In this document: positions 1 through 13,794 of the stretch, piece by piece
How positions within the stretch are numbered: the stretch's first letter is position 1
Layout: the number at the start of each line of letters is the position of its first letter
Source of the DNA: Octopus bimaculoides
Lineage: Eukaryota
NCBI RefSeq assembly: GCF_001194135.2
Contig: NC_068991.1
Span: forward strand, 47,138,774-47,202,773
Direction of reading: 5' to 3'
DNA: 64,000 bases
Translations under genes and position numbers: made by a program
The notes under the pieces: generated by a model
Database searches by the model: none
The model's input: only the letters and a program-made list of their open reading frames with translations
Told to the model about the DNA's origin: nothing

Positions 1-560
1 GTTGGTGAGAAAGTTACACATGTAACTGTTGCACACCAATGACAATACTACACAGTTACACATTAATGAGAATATGTATACATCAATGATATGTTAATGA
101 TATGTTACATATGAATGAGAATGGTATAAATCAATGAAATGTTATACATGAATGAGAATGATACACATCAATGAAATGTTATGCATGAATGAGCATGTTA
201 TACAGCTAAAAGTTATACACCAATGAGTATGAACAGTTATACATCAATGAACATGTTACACATCAATGTGAGTGTTACACAGCAAACAGTTAAACAACAA
301 TTAATGTATGACACAAGTAATAGTTACACAACATGTGTGTTACACAGCTAACAGTTATACAATGTGTGTTACACAGCTAACAGTTACAGAACAATGAATG
401 TGTTACATAGCTAACAGCTACAAAATGTGTTACACAATGTGTGTTACACAGCTAATAGTTACAGAACAACAAAAGTGTTACACAGCTAACAGTTACACGA
501 GTGTTTTACAATAGTTTATGCACCAATGAATCTTTTATATTGTTGACAGTGGCACATCAA
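1..560. repeat. Degenerate AT-rich tandem repeat (gttacacatcaatgaa / gtgtgttacacagctaacagttac units)
   Basis: Recurrent 'gttacac', 'caatgaa' and 'cagctaacagtta' words at short spacing. Confidence 0.75.
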
Positions 561-650
561 TGAATCTCAACCCTAATACACTGACATGGTTTATTTATTT
601 GGGAAACTAAATATTTTTTTGCTTTATTATTTTAAATAGCCTTAAGTTCA

Positions 651-691
<41 letters not shown>

Positions 692-1492
692 TACATTTAA
701 GGGATTTATTAGTTCAGTTCCAACCTTATGCATATGTAACATGTACACAGGGTTAAGAGACAGACAAACACATCAATTAGTTCGCTTGCTGTAGAATTAA
801 TGGTCATGCATTGATAAGTTTATTATATAGCTCATGATAAATATTTCTCATCTATATTACTGATAATGGTCACACATGGGTGGATATTTTGTAGAGTTAA
901 TGGACACACATCAGTGCCTTATGTAGAAAATGATCAGTCATTGATACAGTTTATATGCAATAGGATGATGATCACTCAGCTGTGAATTTGTTATACAGTA
1001 AATGATCACAACATATGGTCACACAGTAAAGTATTCCATGTGCAGTTTACAGTTCTGTTTTGATGTTATTACTACGATGTTACTGCCATACATCCATGCA
1101 CTTATCATGCCAATGATTATCAGGCATTTGTTCTGTTGTTTATATCAGATCAGGAGTGGTTTACAAGTAATAAACATGCAAACCAATACTATTTGTTTTA
1201 TGGTTGGGTCATCAGTGATTAAATCAACAACACCACTTTAAGGTCTCACTCTAGAATGTGTGGCAAGTTGATGGACGCTCTAATATAGCCAAAAAGAAAA
1301 CAATATTTGTCTGCAAGACAAATGAACTTAAAGGAGTCAACAACCATCAGTCAAACTTATAAATGAAGTGGGGTCCCACTATGACTTTTAGCAACCCCTG
1401 CACCTGGTTGTCTCCTTCAAATATACTAGCCATGCCTTCCCTCTGATCCAATGAGACTCCGGCTTGAAAAGCTCCTTAATAAGTTGTTTTAA

Positions 1493-1782
1493 CCCATTAC
1501 CTACCAGTGATCTCATATGAGATCACTTAAAAATTACAAATTTCGTAATTATCTGTCAATATTTACACATATCTAACCTTTTTGCTATATTTACTAGGTA
1601 TATTTCTCTGATATTCAAATGAGGTTTGCTAATTTTTCACCCAATATCTCGCTTATTTCTATTTAGAATGTTATTTTGAAATGCTATTTTGATCATTCCA
1701 GCATGTTTCCAAGACTGTTTTATGCTAGAAATCAAAGTTTCGTAAAAAAATTCCAGTTAATAGAATTATGGGAGGTAATGGG
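1493..1782. mobile_element. piggyBac-type MITE family C, copy 1 (290 bp)
   Basis: TTAA at 1489-1492 and 1783-1786; TIR CCCATTACCT at both ends; internal 22-bp palindrome agtgatctcatatgagatcact; near-identical copy at 23529-23819. Confidence 0.9.
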
Positions 1783-2162
1783 TTAAACCAGTCCTGACAA
1801 GGATTATCATCATCTAATTTTAACTGTCAACTACTTTGCCTGCAGAGGTAAACTTCAGCTCCAGTTTAATGTAGTGACTGGTGATGAGTGATGACAGATG
1901 AATGCCATTCAAGGATCAGGCATCAATCACTGCTGTCATGCATGGCCACATATTAATGGGTTTTCTATAATTCATTGATATACATCAATGGATTCATTAT
2001 GCAGCTGACAACCACAAACCAACAGAGTGTATATTAGTTATACAGCTAATAAATATGCAACAGATTATACAGATTAGTCAACATATATCCCAAACAATAA
2101 ATCCAGACAAACTAATCAAGGAGGTTTTACATGATTAACTTACTAGTTACTTGTACCCTTAA

Positions 2163-2381
2163 CCCTTTAGTGTTCAGATTATTCTATCAGACATAATGTG
2201 CTTATTGATTCACATTGATTTGAATTAATCATGCATTATCTCATCTTCAAGATCTCGATGGTGTAATTACTTAATGTAGAATAACATTGTAGGGTAGGTG
2301 TGAGAGCTTGGATCTGGTCAGTTTGAACATAAAACAGATTAAATATTTTGGCCGGATATGGCCAGTTTAAATACTAAAGGG
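2163..2381. mobile_element. piggyBac-type MITE family B (219 bp)
   Basis: TTAA|CCCTTTAG...CTAAAGGG|TTAA termini; related copies at 31687-32110 and 58142-58360, with partial copies near 10275-10810, 21200-21372 and 50165-50291. Confidence 0.85.
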
Positions 2382-2530
2382 TTAATGCAATTCAGTCTCA
2401 GACATAATCAGTGTGACACTTGGCATCAATAAACACAACAGGCTTCTGCATAGTTTCTGTCTACTCAGTTTTAACCCACAAAACAATACAATTCTATATT
2501 TCTGAGATGAAAGATTTATATTATGCACTA

Positions 2531-2840
2531 CTGGCACTCCGTTGGTGATGAGGGTTCCAGTTGATCCAATCAATGGAACAGCCTGTTCGTGAAATTAACA
2601 TGCAAGTGGCTGAGTACTCTACAGACATGTGTACCCTTAATGTAGTTCTTAGGGAAATTCAGCATGACACAGAATGTGACACGGCTGGCCCTTTGAATAC
2701 AGGTGAGTATCAGCTGAGTGAACTGGTGCAACATGAAATAAAGTGTCTTGCTCAAGGACACAATGTGCCACCAGGAATCGAACTCGCAACCTTATTGCTC
2801 GTGAGCCGAATACCCTAACTGTTAAGTCATATGCCTTCAC
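2531..2840 (-). mobile_element. tRNA-derived SINE, head A with tail 1
   Basis: Minus strand shows pol III A-box and B-box-like motifs (GGTTCGATTCC) and a 'ttgagcaagacactt' central domain; homologous to 7308-7624, 23033-23334 and 53598-54010. Confidence 0.8.
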
Positions 2841-3680
2841 TTTTATATTATGTACACTGTTTAGATTAAGTCAGACTGGTGTCCTCATTTTGATCAAGAT
2901 GAGGACACCAGCCAGATTAATGTAAACAGTGGACATAAATCACAAGACATTGATCTGTGGTTAATGACACTACACATCCCCAATGCTCTGCTCAGTGAGA
3001 CTGAACCTGAAACTCCGTCCTTGCATAGAAAACATCTTAACCACATAGCTATTCACCTACATACATGCTGTTAGACAGACAGACAGGTATACTGACAAAT
3101 ATATACACATTCATACAAGTCGACAAGACAACATTCAAATGTACAAATAAAAAAACTTACCAAAGGTAGAATGTACCAAACTTTACATAGAAACTTTCTA
3201 TAATCAGTTATTTTAATTATCAATTTACCTATGATCCACATTGCTATAGTAGCAATGGTTTACATGGTAAATGGCGAAGGTGATAGTGGATTTTAATACG
3301 GTAGTAATAATGTCATTGTCTATTAATAAATGCAATATGAAGGCACTTAGCCAGCCTAGGTTGTGGGTTCAATTCTTGGACCAGCTTGCATGGTGTATCC
3401 TTGGGTAAGGCACTTCATTTCACATTGCATACACACATACATCATTAACACCAACATAACCAGATTTTGAATATGTATTCACAATTTACTAGTGCCATCA
3501 TGTTTTATACTAACAATCTTCAAGACAATAACAATTTTTCTATACAAAACATTTTTCTAATATATCTCATTGTCTTAGGAGGGTCCTTATACTGATAACA
3601 TCAGACGGCTCACACATACAAAAACAAAATTTTATAATATACTCATACAGATGTAATAATCTCTATCTTCTACTATTACC

Positions 3681-3729
3681 GTCTCTGATGAAGGGATACA
3701 TTGAATTTTCCCTGAAACAGCTGTAAGAC
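3681..3729 (+). ncRNA. Minimal type I hammerhead ribozyme motif (Penelope-like element type)
   Basis: gtct-CTGATGA-aggga(12-nt loop)tccct-GAAA-c-agct-g-TA-agac: stem I 4 bp, intact core, stem II 5 bp, 1-bp helix III with palindromic AGCU loop, GUA cleavage triplet. Activity and expression are untested. Confidence 0.8.
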
Positions 3730-3779
3730 ATTCTACATAAAATATAAATTTACTTATGCCATTGGTCTCTTTATCTCAT

Positions 3780-3813
<34 letters not shown>

Positions 3814-3815
<2 letters not shown>

Positions 3816-4351
3816 TAACTGTTGGACCCGGCGTTGCTCATGTTTTCCGTGTTGAAGTTAAGCCCACCTCTGACCTCGTATTAAAATCTTCTATGATCCC
3901 CATGCCAACTATTACCCATTAAGATGTTACATCTGGTTCAGCAGGGATTTTACCTGGTTAATGGTTTTGACATACTCCTGCATACTGGACCGTCTGAAAT
4001 CGCAGTCAAACTTTTGGATGTACCTTGACCCATTGAGAGTGATGTTTGTTTATTTCTCTCCCCTAAATGCCACCACACTGACATCAACTCACTGCCATGA
4101 GCTCCGCTCATTCATTGATTTTCATCAAAATCGGACAAAAAATGCAAAAGCTGCCCGATTGGGCTCACAAAAATTGATGCCAACTGAGCATTATCAAGTT
4201 TTCAAAAAATTCCAGCCTTATTTGAATTTCAGGGTATGTGATCTACCTATGAGCCAAAAATCATTAAAATCAGTTGGACGGTGTGGGAGGGGATAGAGTA
4301 ACACCAAACACACAGAGAGACAGACACCATTACACATTTATGTATATAGAT
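3814..4351 (+). mobile_element. Helitron/Helentron-like non-autonomous element (HINE/Lep1-like)
   Basis: Begins in a TA run with ACTAACTGTTGGACCCGGCGTTGC, contains 'tttcatcaaaatcgg', and ends with acagagagacagac...tatgtatatagat. These terminal patterns are recognised from memory of such elements. Confidence 0.6.
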
Positions 4352-4510
<159 letters not shown>

Positions 4511-4935
4511 CATCTTTTTTTCCTGCTCTTTTGTGTTTCAATCATTAGACTGCAGCCATACTAGAGCCGCACCTTGAAAGCTTTTAGTTGAACAAATCAA
4601 AGCCAGTGCTTATATTTTTGAAATTTGGTACTTGATTATACTTATTATACAGTCAGTGAATACATACTTTTGCCATAAGGTCCCAGGTTCAATCACACTG
4701 CACAGCCCCCCTGTGTATGTGTCTTTTACATTTACCTTGGTTCAACCCAGTGAAATTGAGTTGACAGAAATTGTGTGGATGCTGTCAGTTTTGTCACATT
4801 TGAGCCATGCTGATTCTGCTTAAGAATTACATTAAGAATACAGGTATATGTGTGTGTGGGATACTCAGCCACTTACATGCTAATGCAAGAAATAGGCATT
4901 TTAGTTGATCAAACAAAGGTTATCATCAAAACAAA

Positions 4936-5358
4936 TTCTTTCATTCTTTTACTTATTGCAGTTATCTGATTGTGGCCATGCTGCAGCACCACCTTGAAAG
5001 GTTTTAGTTGAACAAATCAAACCCAGGTCTTTTTTTTTTTAAACCTAGTACTTATTCTATCTATTTCTTTTGCCGAACTGCTAAGTTACAAGGACGCAAA
5101 CACACCAACACCAGTTTTCAAGTGGTCACGGGGGGGAGGCAAACACAGATACAAACACACACATACATACATAGATATATACAAATATATATATATAATG
5201 GACTTCTTTCAGTTTCCATCTACTAAATCCACTCGCAAGGCCTCAGTTGACCTGAGGCTATAGTAAAAAAAAAAAAACACTTGCTCAAGGTGATATACAA
5301 TGGGACTGAACCTGGAACCATGTGGTAGGGAAGAAAGCTTCTTACCACACAACCATGC
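4936..5358 (-). mobile_element. tRNA-derived SINE family E (abundant)
   Basis: Minus-strand head 'tggttgtgtggtaagaagctt...ggttccaggttcagtccc' with internal microsatellite; homologous copies at 24086-24451, 37541-37886, 47199-47592 and 56181-56570, partial copies at 4525-4650, 32797-33000 and 34012-34156. Confidence 0.8.
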
Positions 5359-5794
5359 ATAAAGATCCAATTTTTTGTCACAGGAAAAAAAATTTAAATA
5401 ACAAAGTTTGTTTTGTGTGCACCAACTCCTAAACATTAGGAGACCCATCACCACCCAGTAATAAAACATCCGTAGAAAAATAAAACAATTATCTTGAGAT
5501 GATTTGCCATCAAGAATCAAAACTACAAGGGCTTAGATATTTGTCCTTCTTTGGAGAGAAAGAATATAGGAGCTAAATCCACAAATGCAGAAAGCTTCTA
5601 TATTGTTGAAGAAGTAAAAGTGTCTGAAATGTTGGATTTTTTTCACACCCATAACAAATCAAAGATTGTAAAGTTTAACTTTTGCTGATACAAAACATCA
5701 CCAACTCCCAGTTTTCCTTGGATTCTGAAACCCAAACAGTAACAATGTTTTCAAATATGCTGACTTACACTGTGGAATTTCTATTGTCTTGCTA

Positions 5795-5865
5795 GTTATT
5801 ATTATTACTATCACTTTTATTATTATTATTATTACTATCACTTTTATTATTATTATTACTATCAC

Positions 5866-5898
<33 letters not shown>

Positions 5899-5968
5899 TG
5901 TTACTTTTATTATTATTATTACTATTACTTTTATTAATATTATTACTGTCACTTTTATTATTATTATA
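5795..5968. repeat. (TTA)n-derived minisatellite (ttattattactatcacttt units)
   Basis: Directly visible. Confidence 0.9.
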
Positions 5969-6159
5969 GTTTCCACCTACCCAGTTTCATTCACATTTGT
6001 CAAGAGCCATGCAGTAGGATTGAACCAAAAAACCCCTTATTGCTGGTGAACTGCAAAGTAAACACTTGGTCATGCTTACATCTACATACATAATACTAAA
6101 ATACATTCCCCACCCCCACTCACCCAACCCAATATCAATACAAGGTATTTATGAACTAC

Positions 6160-6350
6160 CACCAATACAACACAAACCACTACCTCAACACAACATGGAC
6201 CACTAAAACACTGCTGTTAACATGACACAGACCATTGAAATGCTACCACCAGCACAGACCACTAAAACACTGCCACCAACACAAAACATAAAAACGCTAC
6301 ACACAACACAGACCACTAAAACACTACCACCAATACAACACAGACAATAA
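6160..6350. repeat. Degenerate ~35-bp tandem repeat (acacagaccactaaaacactgccacca)
   Basis: 'gaccactaaaacact' recurs three times, with further degenerate units. Confidence 0.7.
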
Positions 6351-7307
6351 AGTGCACCAAAGAAGAATTAAAGAAAAACTCAAAACAAAATAGATTTGAA
6401 TTATTAATAAGAAATTTTATTCAAAAATTCCATCATATATTTTCTCCCATTTTCACAAAACCTCACGCACAGTGACACATACACACACACACACACACTG
6501 ACACACACACACACACACACACAAATGTGGCAAAATTCATTTTGTATTTTAGCCCTATATCAGCTCCAGTAGTACAGACTTATAATGAAAAGCATTCCTT
6601 CCTAAACCAACCTAATTTTTCTCCATATCTAAAAACTACATTGTCCAATGTTTGTTTGTTTTTTTACAATAGGATCAGTTATGAGCCAATAAGGAAACAT
6701 CAATGTGATCATATGACCTGATAGAAATAGCATCCAAGGGGTATTTTGGGTGGGCTACAGATATTTAAAATATTATTTAAGTCTTAGAAAATCTGTAGTA
6801 ATGAATGCCTTGAAAGCAAAAACCATGTTATTCATAATCTTCTTAAACACAAACATGATCAATAAAACAAGGTAATCAATGGCCTTCTACAAGTTTTCCC
6901 AAATCTTTAACCCTTTAACCCTTTTTCTAGTAATTTGCCCAAGCCTTCTGATTCTATGCTACAATCTTCCCATTTTAAAGTGATCTAAATTAAAACCTTT
7001 TATCAAAATTTCATGTAGATTTATGTTCTAAAAACCAGCTTAAATAAAAATAAAAGTTCATCATCATTAGCATCCATATTCCATACTGGCAGCGATTGAA
7101 CAGTTTGATAGGATCCAACATATCAGAGGACAGTGTCAAGTGCCTCTGTCAGTTATGGTATGTTTTCTACAGCTAGATGCCCTTCTTAATGTCAATCATT
7201 TTCTAGGATGCACTGGGTGCTGTTTTGTATTACCAACACTAGTGAGGTCACCAAATAGCTTGCAAGACAAAACCCTTTAATTGAGAGAAAGTGTGTAGTA
7301 TTGTGGG

Positions 7308-7624
7308 GTGAAGATGCATGGTTTAGTGGTTAGGGTGTCTGGCTCATGATTATTAGATCAAGAGTTCAATCCTCAGTGTGTTGTATCTTTGAGCAAGACA
7401 CTTCATTTAACTTCACTCAGCTGGCAAAAATAAGTAGTACCTGTATTTCAAAGGGCCAGCCTTGTCACACTCTGTGTCACACTGAATCTCCCTCAGAACT
7501 ACATTAAGGGTACATATGTTTGTGGAGTGTTCAGCCTGTTGCATGTTAATTTCACAATCAGGCTGATCCATTGACTGTATCAGTTGGAGCATTTGTCATC
7601 TCATCGTAACTGACGGAGTGCCAG
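7308..7624 (+). mobile_element. tRNA-derived SINE, head A with tail 1, with TSD
   Basis: Homologous to 2531-2840; 10-bp direct repeat tagtattgtg at 7296-7305 and 7626-7635. Confidence 0.85.
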
Positions 7625-7827
7625 TTAGTATTGTGAGTGTGCCAGTTAGTCTATGCGAAGTCTAATGAAGCCACAGTATGATAAAAGGATAAGAACAAGT
7701 GTCTTACTGTAGAGGAGACACATGGCTACCCTAGTTGGAAAAGGAGAGAAGATGATGTTGTTGAGGTATCAGGATATACCCTCAAAGTAGAATTGGGTGA
7801 ATTTGAGTCTTCCTTCATTATTTCCAT

Positions 7828-8043
7828 ACCGCCTGACTGGCCTCCGTGCCGGTGGCACGTAAAAGCACCCACTACACTCTCTGAGTGGTTGGCGTTAGGA
7901 AGGGCATCCAACTGTAGAAACTCTGCCAAATCAGATTGGAGCTTGGTGTAGCCATCTGGTTTCACCAGTCCTAGTCAACTCGTCCAACCCATGCTAGCAT
8001 GGAAAGCGGACGTTAAACGACGACGATGGTGATGATGATGATG
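7828..8043 (+). mobile_element. Retro-element family F with (GAT)n tail
   Basis: Highly similar to 32340-32553 (gtggcacgtaaaagcaccc...catggaaagcggacgttaaac + GAT repeats). Confidence 0.8.
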
Positions 8044-8431
8044 AAAAGCAGTGTATTTCGACAGAAATACAGTAATAAATGGGCTAAGACATTTTTTTTT
8101 TATTTTCCAAGCAAAGTGTGCCTGTAATTTTTTTTTTTTGTTTGATCTTCAAGATAGAAAAAAAGTTTTTTAAGAATGAGAACTATTGCCCTAAAATCTA
8201 ATAAACAGAATGGCATATTGGATTAATAGGATTATATATACTATCTAAAGAGAAAAAAAGACAGAATGGTCATGGTTGGAATGCCTTTGATTATATATCT
8301 GTTTAATTAGTATTAACGAGGTAAAACTAAACAACATTGAATAAATTAACTAATTTGCCGAGAAATACATTAAAACACACAATTGATGAATTTATCCACT
8401 TGGTTATTTTGTGTCATCCATACAAACATAA

Positions 8432-8468
<37 letters not shown>

Positions 8469-8798
8469 AATATGGATGGTGTATGATGTGGGTGTGTAAA
8501 GTGGACAAGAGAGTCATGCTGATGCAGAAGACAAAAATATTCAAAAGATGTAAAAATATTAAAGGGGAAAAAAAAAAAATCAAAAAACAATTTTTGTATA
8601 TCAATCCATATTTGGAAAATAAAGAAGACAAACTAAAAGAAACATAAAACAAGAAAAATAAGTTTTATAAATCAATCAATAAATAAATAAAAAGAAATGC
8701 AAAGTGGACTGATAGAGTGAGGTGCAAAGTGTTTGATATTGAGAGATGGTCTAAAGGTTTCCATAGATTGACAAAAGATAAAGATGTGCATAAACATG

Positions 8799-8831
<33 letters not shown>

Positions 8832-8864
8832 GGAGGAAGAGATGGAAAATGGAAAATGGAGATG

Positions 8865-9066
8865 AGAGAGAGACAGACAGACAGAGAGAGACAGACAGAC
8901 AGAGAGAGACAGACAGACAGACAGAGAGAGACAGACAGACAGAGACAGACAGAGACAGACAGACAGAGACAGACAGACAGACAGAGACAGACAGACAGAG
9001 ACAGACAGACAGAGACAGACAGACAGAGACAGACAGACAGACACAGAGAGACAGACAGACAGACAG
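8865..9066. repeat. (GA)/(GACA)n compound microsatellite
   Basis: Directly visible; source of the spurious RQTD/SVCL ORFs. Confidence 0.95.
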
Positions 9067-9874
9067 AAATCTGTTTGTTTCTTGAATAGCCTCAATCAGT
9101 CATGATCGAAGGAGACAGAGAAATGCCATCAGTCAAATTACTAGGTTTGATCCATGTATCAAGTACTTCAGACATACTGTCTCTCCACCTAGTTTAAAAA
9201 GCCTCAATACACAGTGATTTATTTATTAATACAAGTGCAGTGCAAAAGTATGGTCAAGCTACATTTTCTCTACAATTCAGTTTGTCCTTGTTTGTCGGTA
9301 GGAGTCTAGAGGTAGGCAGAGCAAAACTGAATACAATGAATTTCATCATAGCACTTATCTCTAGTGCTGTGCATCTCATTATAAGCAGTGACGATCAACC
9401 TTTTAAGCCATGCATTTCAAGAATTTACATTTCTTTAATAACCCTATTATTGACAGATCACTTACATGTCAACATCATCATTGTTGTTTTACTGTCCACT
9501 TTTCCATGCCTGCATGGGTCAGGCAGAATCTGCTGAGGCAGATATTCTACAATTGGATGCCCTTCCTGTTACCAACTCTTAACTGCTTCCAAGTAAGGTA
9601 ATACAGTAATGGAGTAGAGTCATTAAAATATTTCAAAATATTTTTAGCTTCGGTGTGAGAGAGTGGAATGCTTATGTTATTGAGTGTATGGCTAGTTGTA
9701 TTTTAATGTTCTCAGATGGAAGATGGTGGGTTTCCTAGATGCCACTTTAACCCTTCAACATTCAGATTTTGTGACAGCTGATGTAAGGTTGGAGATGTCT
9801 AGGGAATGATGGTAGGAAAAAAGATCAAGATCTTTAAAATTATTTGATGATTAATGTGTGTTAGTCCACATTAC

Positions 9875-10104
9875 TCCTTAAGAGAGCACAGGACCAGTTT
9901 CCCAGCTTCTCCAGTGTTTATAATCCTCCCCAGACAGGACACTAGTCCATCACAGGATTACTCAATTTTACCAGATGAGTGGACTAGAGCAACATGAAAT
10001 GAAGTATTTTGCTCAAAAACACAATGCATCGCCCAGTCTAGGAATTGAAACTACAATCTTACCATTATGAGTCCAACACTTTAACCACTAAACTATGCAC
10101 CTCC
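9875..10104 (-). mobile_element. SINE head A with tail 2 (degenerate)
   Basis: Homologous to 13546-13794. Confidence 0.7.
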
Positions 10105-10413
10105 CAGATAGTTAATATAAGTTCCAAGAAAACAGTAATAAATATTATTAATTTGACCATTTTTCCCCCCTGATAGAGTCTTCTTGTCCATCTAGTCCTG
10201 AATACAGCTGAGGTATAATACCTCAAGGTATCCTTCTGCATATCATCATTATTATCATTTGGCTCTTCAGAATTTAAACCTGCCATATCCAGCCCAAATA
10301 TTCTACCTGTTTTATGTTGAAGCTGGTCAGATCCAGTCTCTCACACCTAACTTACAATGTCATTCTGAAAATAAATTAATCACATCATCAAAACTACAAG
10401 ATAATCCATGATT

Positions 10414-10746
10414 GGGTAAAAACCCACTTCAGTCAAGAATGACCATGGTATTGCACCTAGAAAGTTCCCCTCCAAAGCACAAGTCAAAATAAGGTTGTTT
10501 ATGGAAGACCGGTAGTCACCCATGCATACCAGCCACCCTTCTCCACGCCACTGATAATACCAAGAAAAAGATAAAGCTTGGCACTAGTGACATCACAACT
10601 CATTTCTGCAGCTGAGTGAACTGGAGCAACATGAAATAAAGTGTCTTGCTCAAGAACACAACACACAGCTCGGACCAGGAATCGAACTCACTGCCTCATG
10701 ATTATGAGTCTAATGCTCTAACCACTGAGCCATGCATCTTCACTAA
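10414..10746 (-). mobile_element. SINE head A with tail 3, inserted into a family-B MITE
   Basis: Flanked by the direct repeat ccatgatt (10406-10413 and 10747-10754); MITE-B sequence is continuous across the insertion. Confidence 0.7.
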
Positions 10747-13420
10747 CCATGATTAATTCAAAATAATATGTATAAATAATTATTACATTTTACAGAGTAA
10801 TCTAAATAAGAGGTTCAAGTTTTTCTCCCATGATGGCACAGGTTAGACAAATACTAAATACAAATATGGTAAGGTGTATCAAATATGTAATAAAAAGAGT
10901 TAAAAAATTTTGATCAACTGAGATTATCCGAACAATTAGAATACAAAAAACTTCCCTGGAAAGTGTTTCAAAATCTATAAATAACAGAGAAATAACTGCA
11001 AAAAAAAAATCACATCTAAATTTTTTACAAAGGAAATGCATTTTGAATTAATCTGATCCTAAAACTCCAATTGGTGAAAACAGGACATGTTTCTGTCTTA
11101 TCAAATCTCTTCAAGGAAACATATTTTATCAAGGTGACAAAACTTAGGGTAATCAAAATCATTATTATCACCATCAACTTTTCTATACCTGCATGGGTCA
11201 AATGGAATTCAATGAAGCAGATTTTCTACAGCTGAATGTCCTGCCTGTTACCAACCCTCACTTGTTTCCAAGCAAGGTAACATTTTCCCATGACCTGACA
11301 TGTTTTTTTACAGAATATTGGAAACAGCTGACACCACTTGTATGTTGGTGACACTTGTTTACAACTATCACACAATATCAAAACAGAGGAGGAACAAACA
11401 CATACAAATATTCATACATGGCAGGGTTTTTTCAGTTTCCATCAACCAAATCCACTCAGAAGGATTTGGTCAGCCCAAGGCTATAGAAAACACTTGTCCT
11501 AGGCACCACACAGTAAAGCTTACTCTATACTTTTGTAGAGTACAAATTTATTATTCTTATACATGAATGTTGTTAACAGTGACTTTGAAGTTCTGTCCGT
11601 CGTATATATGGAGTGAGAGGGAAGGAGAGGGAGGGAAGGAATGAGAGAGGTAATGTAGCAACACTGATTATAAAGGTCAACAACATGGCTGGTGAAAAAT
11701 ATTTTAGTGATGTGATCTGCAAATTAGATATGCATAAAAATACAGTAGGATCTCACGTATGTGATACAGTAAGTTGAAAAACTTCTTTGCTTGTTGTTAT
11801 TTAGAGTTTAATCACCCCAAGAGGTTGTTTTTGTCTACCATTGACCAGTTGATCAAAGTCTGTGTACCTCACTTTATTTTATTATACATGAGACCCTATC
11901 ATCTAACTATGATAGTGTCATTTCTGTTTAGTTTAAATGGCAGTACTCCAGACTAGCCACAACTCAAAGGCTGAAACAAGTAAAAAAGTATTAATGGTGG
12001 TGGTGGTGGTGGAGTTTGTACTGGTTGTTATTGACAAGAATATAAAGAAATCAAGTATCTTTTGGGAGAAAACTGTTTTATTGCTTTGATGAAAATAAGG
12101 AAAAAAATATTATCAATCCCTCCGCAACATGAACATAAATATTGGACCTTTTCATTTTCACAATAATTTTAAGATACCAACTATATAACAAATGAATTAA
12201 TAAACTACTTCTAAAAATGCAAGGAGTGTAACATCATATGTAAACAAAATATCATTATGCCAGTGACTCTAGTTTGATTTTAGGTTATTTACTCTGATAA
12301 TGCATTTGATAAAAGTTATGAACCTTCATCCATTCCCTCCTCTCCTGGGTTCATCACCTATTAATATTTATTTCTGATGACGAGAGTGAAGCAATTGAAA
12401 AGTCAATGCACTAATGTGTAGGACAGATATTAATCCTTTCGTATAAGAAAACATATTTAAAAAATGGGAATAAGTGACCAGCAACTGAGTGGTGACTATA
12501 TTGTTAGAGAATACAGATAGAAACCTCTCCAGTCAATCTGTCACATGAAAGTTCAGTTTATGTAACTTCATACACAAAAGCCACTATCTAGTCATGTTTG
12601 ACTCAATAATTGAGAAAAAAATAACTTGGATGAAATTCTAAGCTGTTTATAATTGATCAACAAGAGCCTTCCTTTGTAAACCATTTTTCCATCTGGTGCC
12701 TGCCCCCACCAAAAAAAAAAGAAGCACCCAGTGCACTCTGTAAAGTTGTAGATGTTAGAAAAGGTATCCAACTGTAGAAACTACACCAAAACCAAGATAT
12801 TGGAGCAAGATGTGGTCCTTCGACCTGTTAGTAAAAATGATGGTGTGGACGGATGACCCTGCCTTGCTTGGATGAGTCAGACAAGATTTGTTGAGACACA
12901 CTCTCTATGGTATTTCCAAGAAAGGTAATGTATTCCCCCAGTCCTTCAAACATGACAGCACAATGACCAGGCATAGTTTCACAGATGACTGTATACAAAT
13001 GACACTGCTGGTATAACAGTGTCATTTGTTTACAACAAGCTTACAGGCTTCTACACACTTCTGCTATATCAAATTCACTCACAAGGCATTCTTTGATCTG
13101 TGGCTACAGTAGAAGAAAGACACCTGTCCAAGATGCTACACAGTGGGACTGAACCTGAAACTAAATGGTTTCAAAACAAATTCCTTATCCTCACAACCAT
13201 AGTAGTTTTATTTCCTTACACCAGTTTTTGAGTTTGGCATGGTTTGGCACAGAAATGTTGAATACTAACTAAGACATAGCAGCTAATTGTTCTATAAACT
13301 ACAAAGAGTCTAGGGAGAAAAAAGTGACTGTCCTCAAAATTTCTAAAGCCTTGGGTGGACAGGAGATAAATCTTTCCCTTGTTAAGAAACTGATCAGAGC
13401 TGAAATGTGGCTAACAAACA

Positions 13421-13480
13421 AATCCTTCATCAATCACACAAATCCTTCATCAATCACACAAATCCTTCATCAATCACACA
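13421..13480. repeat. Perfect 3 x 20-bp tandem repeat (aatccttcatcaatcacaca)
   Basis: Directly visible. Confidence 0.95.
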
Positions 13481-13545
13481 ACACTGCTGCTTACAACTAT
13501 GTAGCACCTGTAGTTCCTACTAAGACTTTGGATAAAGGGGGATAA

Positions 13546-13794
13546 AATTCCTTCCCAAGTCATATAGACGCATAGGGGCTGGTTTCCCAGTTTCCATGAC
13601 TTATATATTCCCCACCTGGACAGGACACCGGTCCAGCACAGGTTTACTCATTTTATTGCCAGCTGAGTGAACTGGAGCAATGTGAAATGAAGTGTTTTCC
13701 TCAAGAACACAATACGTCTCCCAGTCCAGGAATCAAAACTACAATCTTATGATTATGAGTCCAACACCCTAACCATTAAGCCACATGCCTCCAC
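13546..13794 (-). mobile_element. SINE head A with tail 2
   Basis: Same head as 2531-2840 but a different 3' part (ggtggggaatatataagtcatggaaactgggaaacc). Confidence 0.8.

Noticed and set aside
5981-6050. Apparent minus-strand exon (SPAIRGFLVQSYCMALDKCE*)
   Set aside because: All frames close before the donor, and the sequence matches a degenerate SINE E head (gccatgcagtaggattgaacc).
12370-12405. CTGATGA...GAAA spacing near 12374
   Set aside because: No stem II or stem I complementarity.
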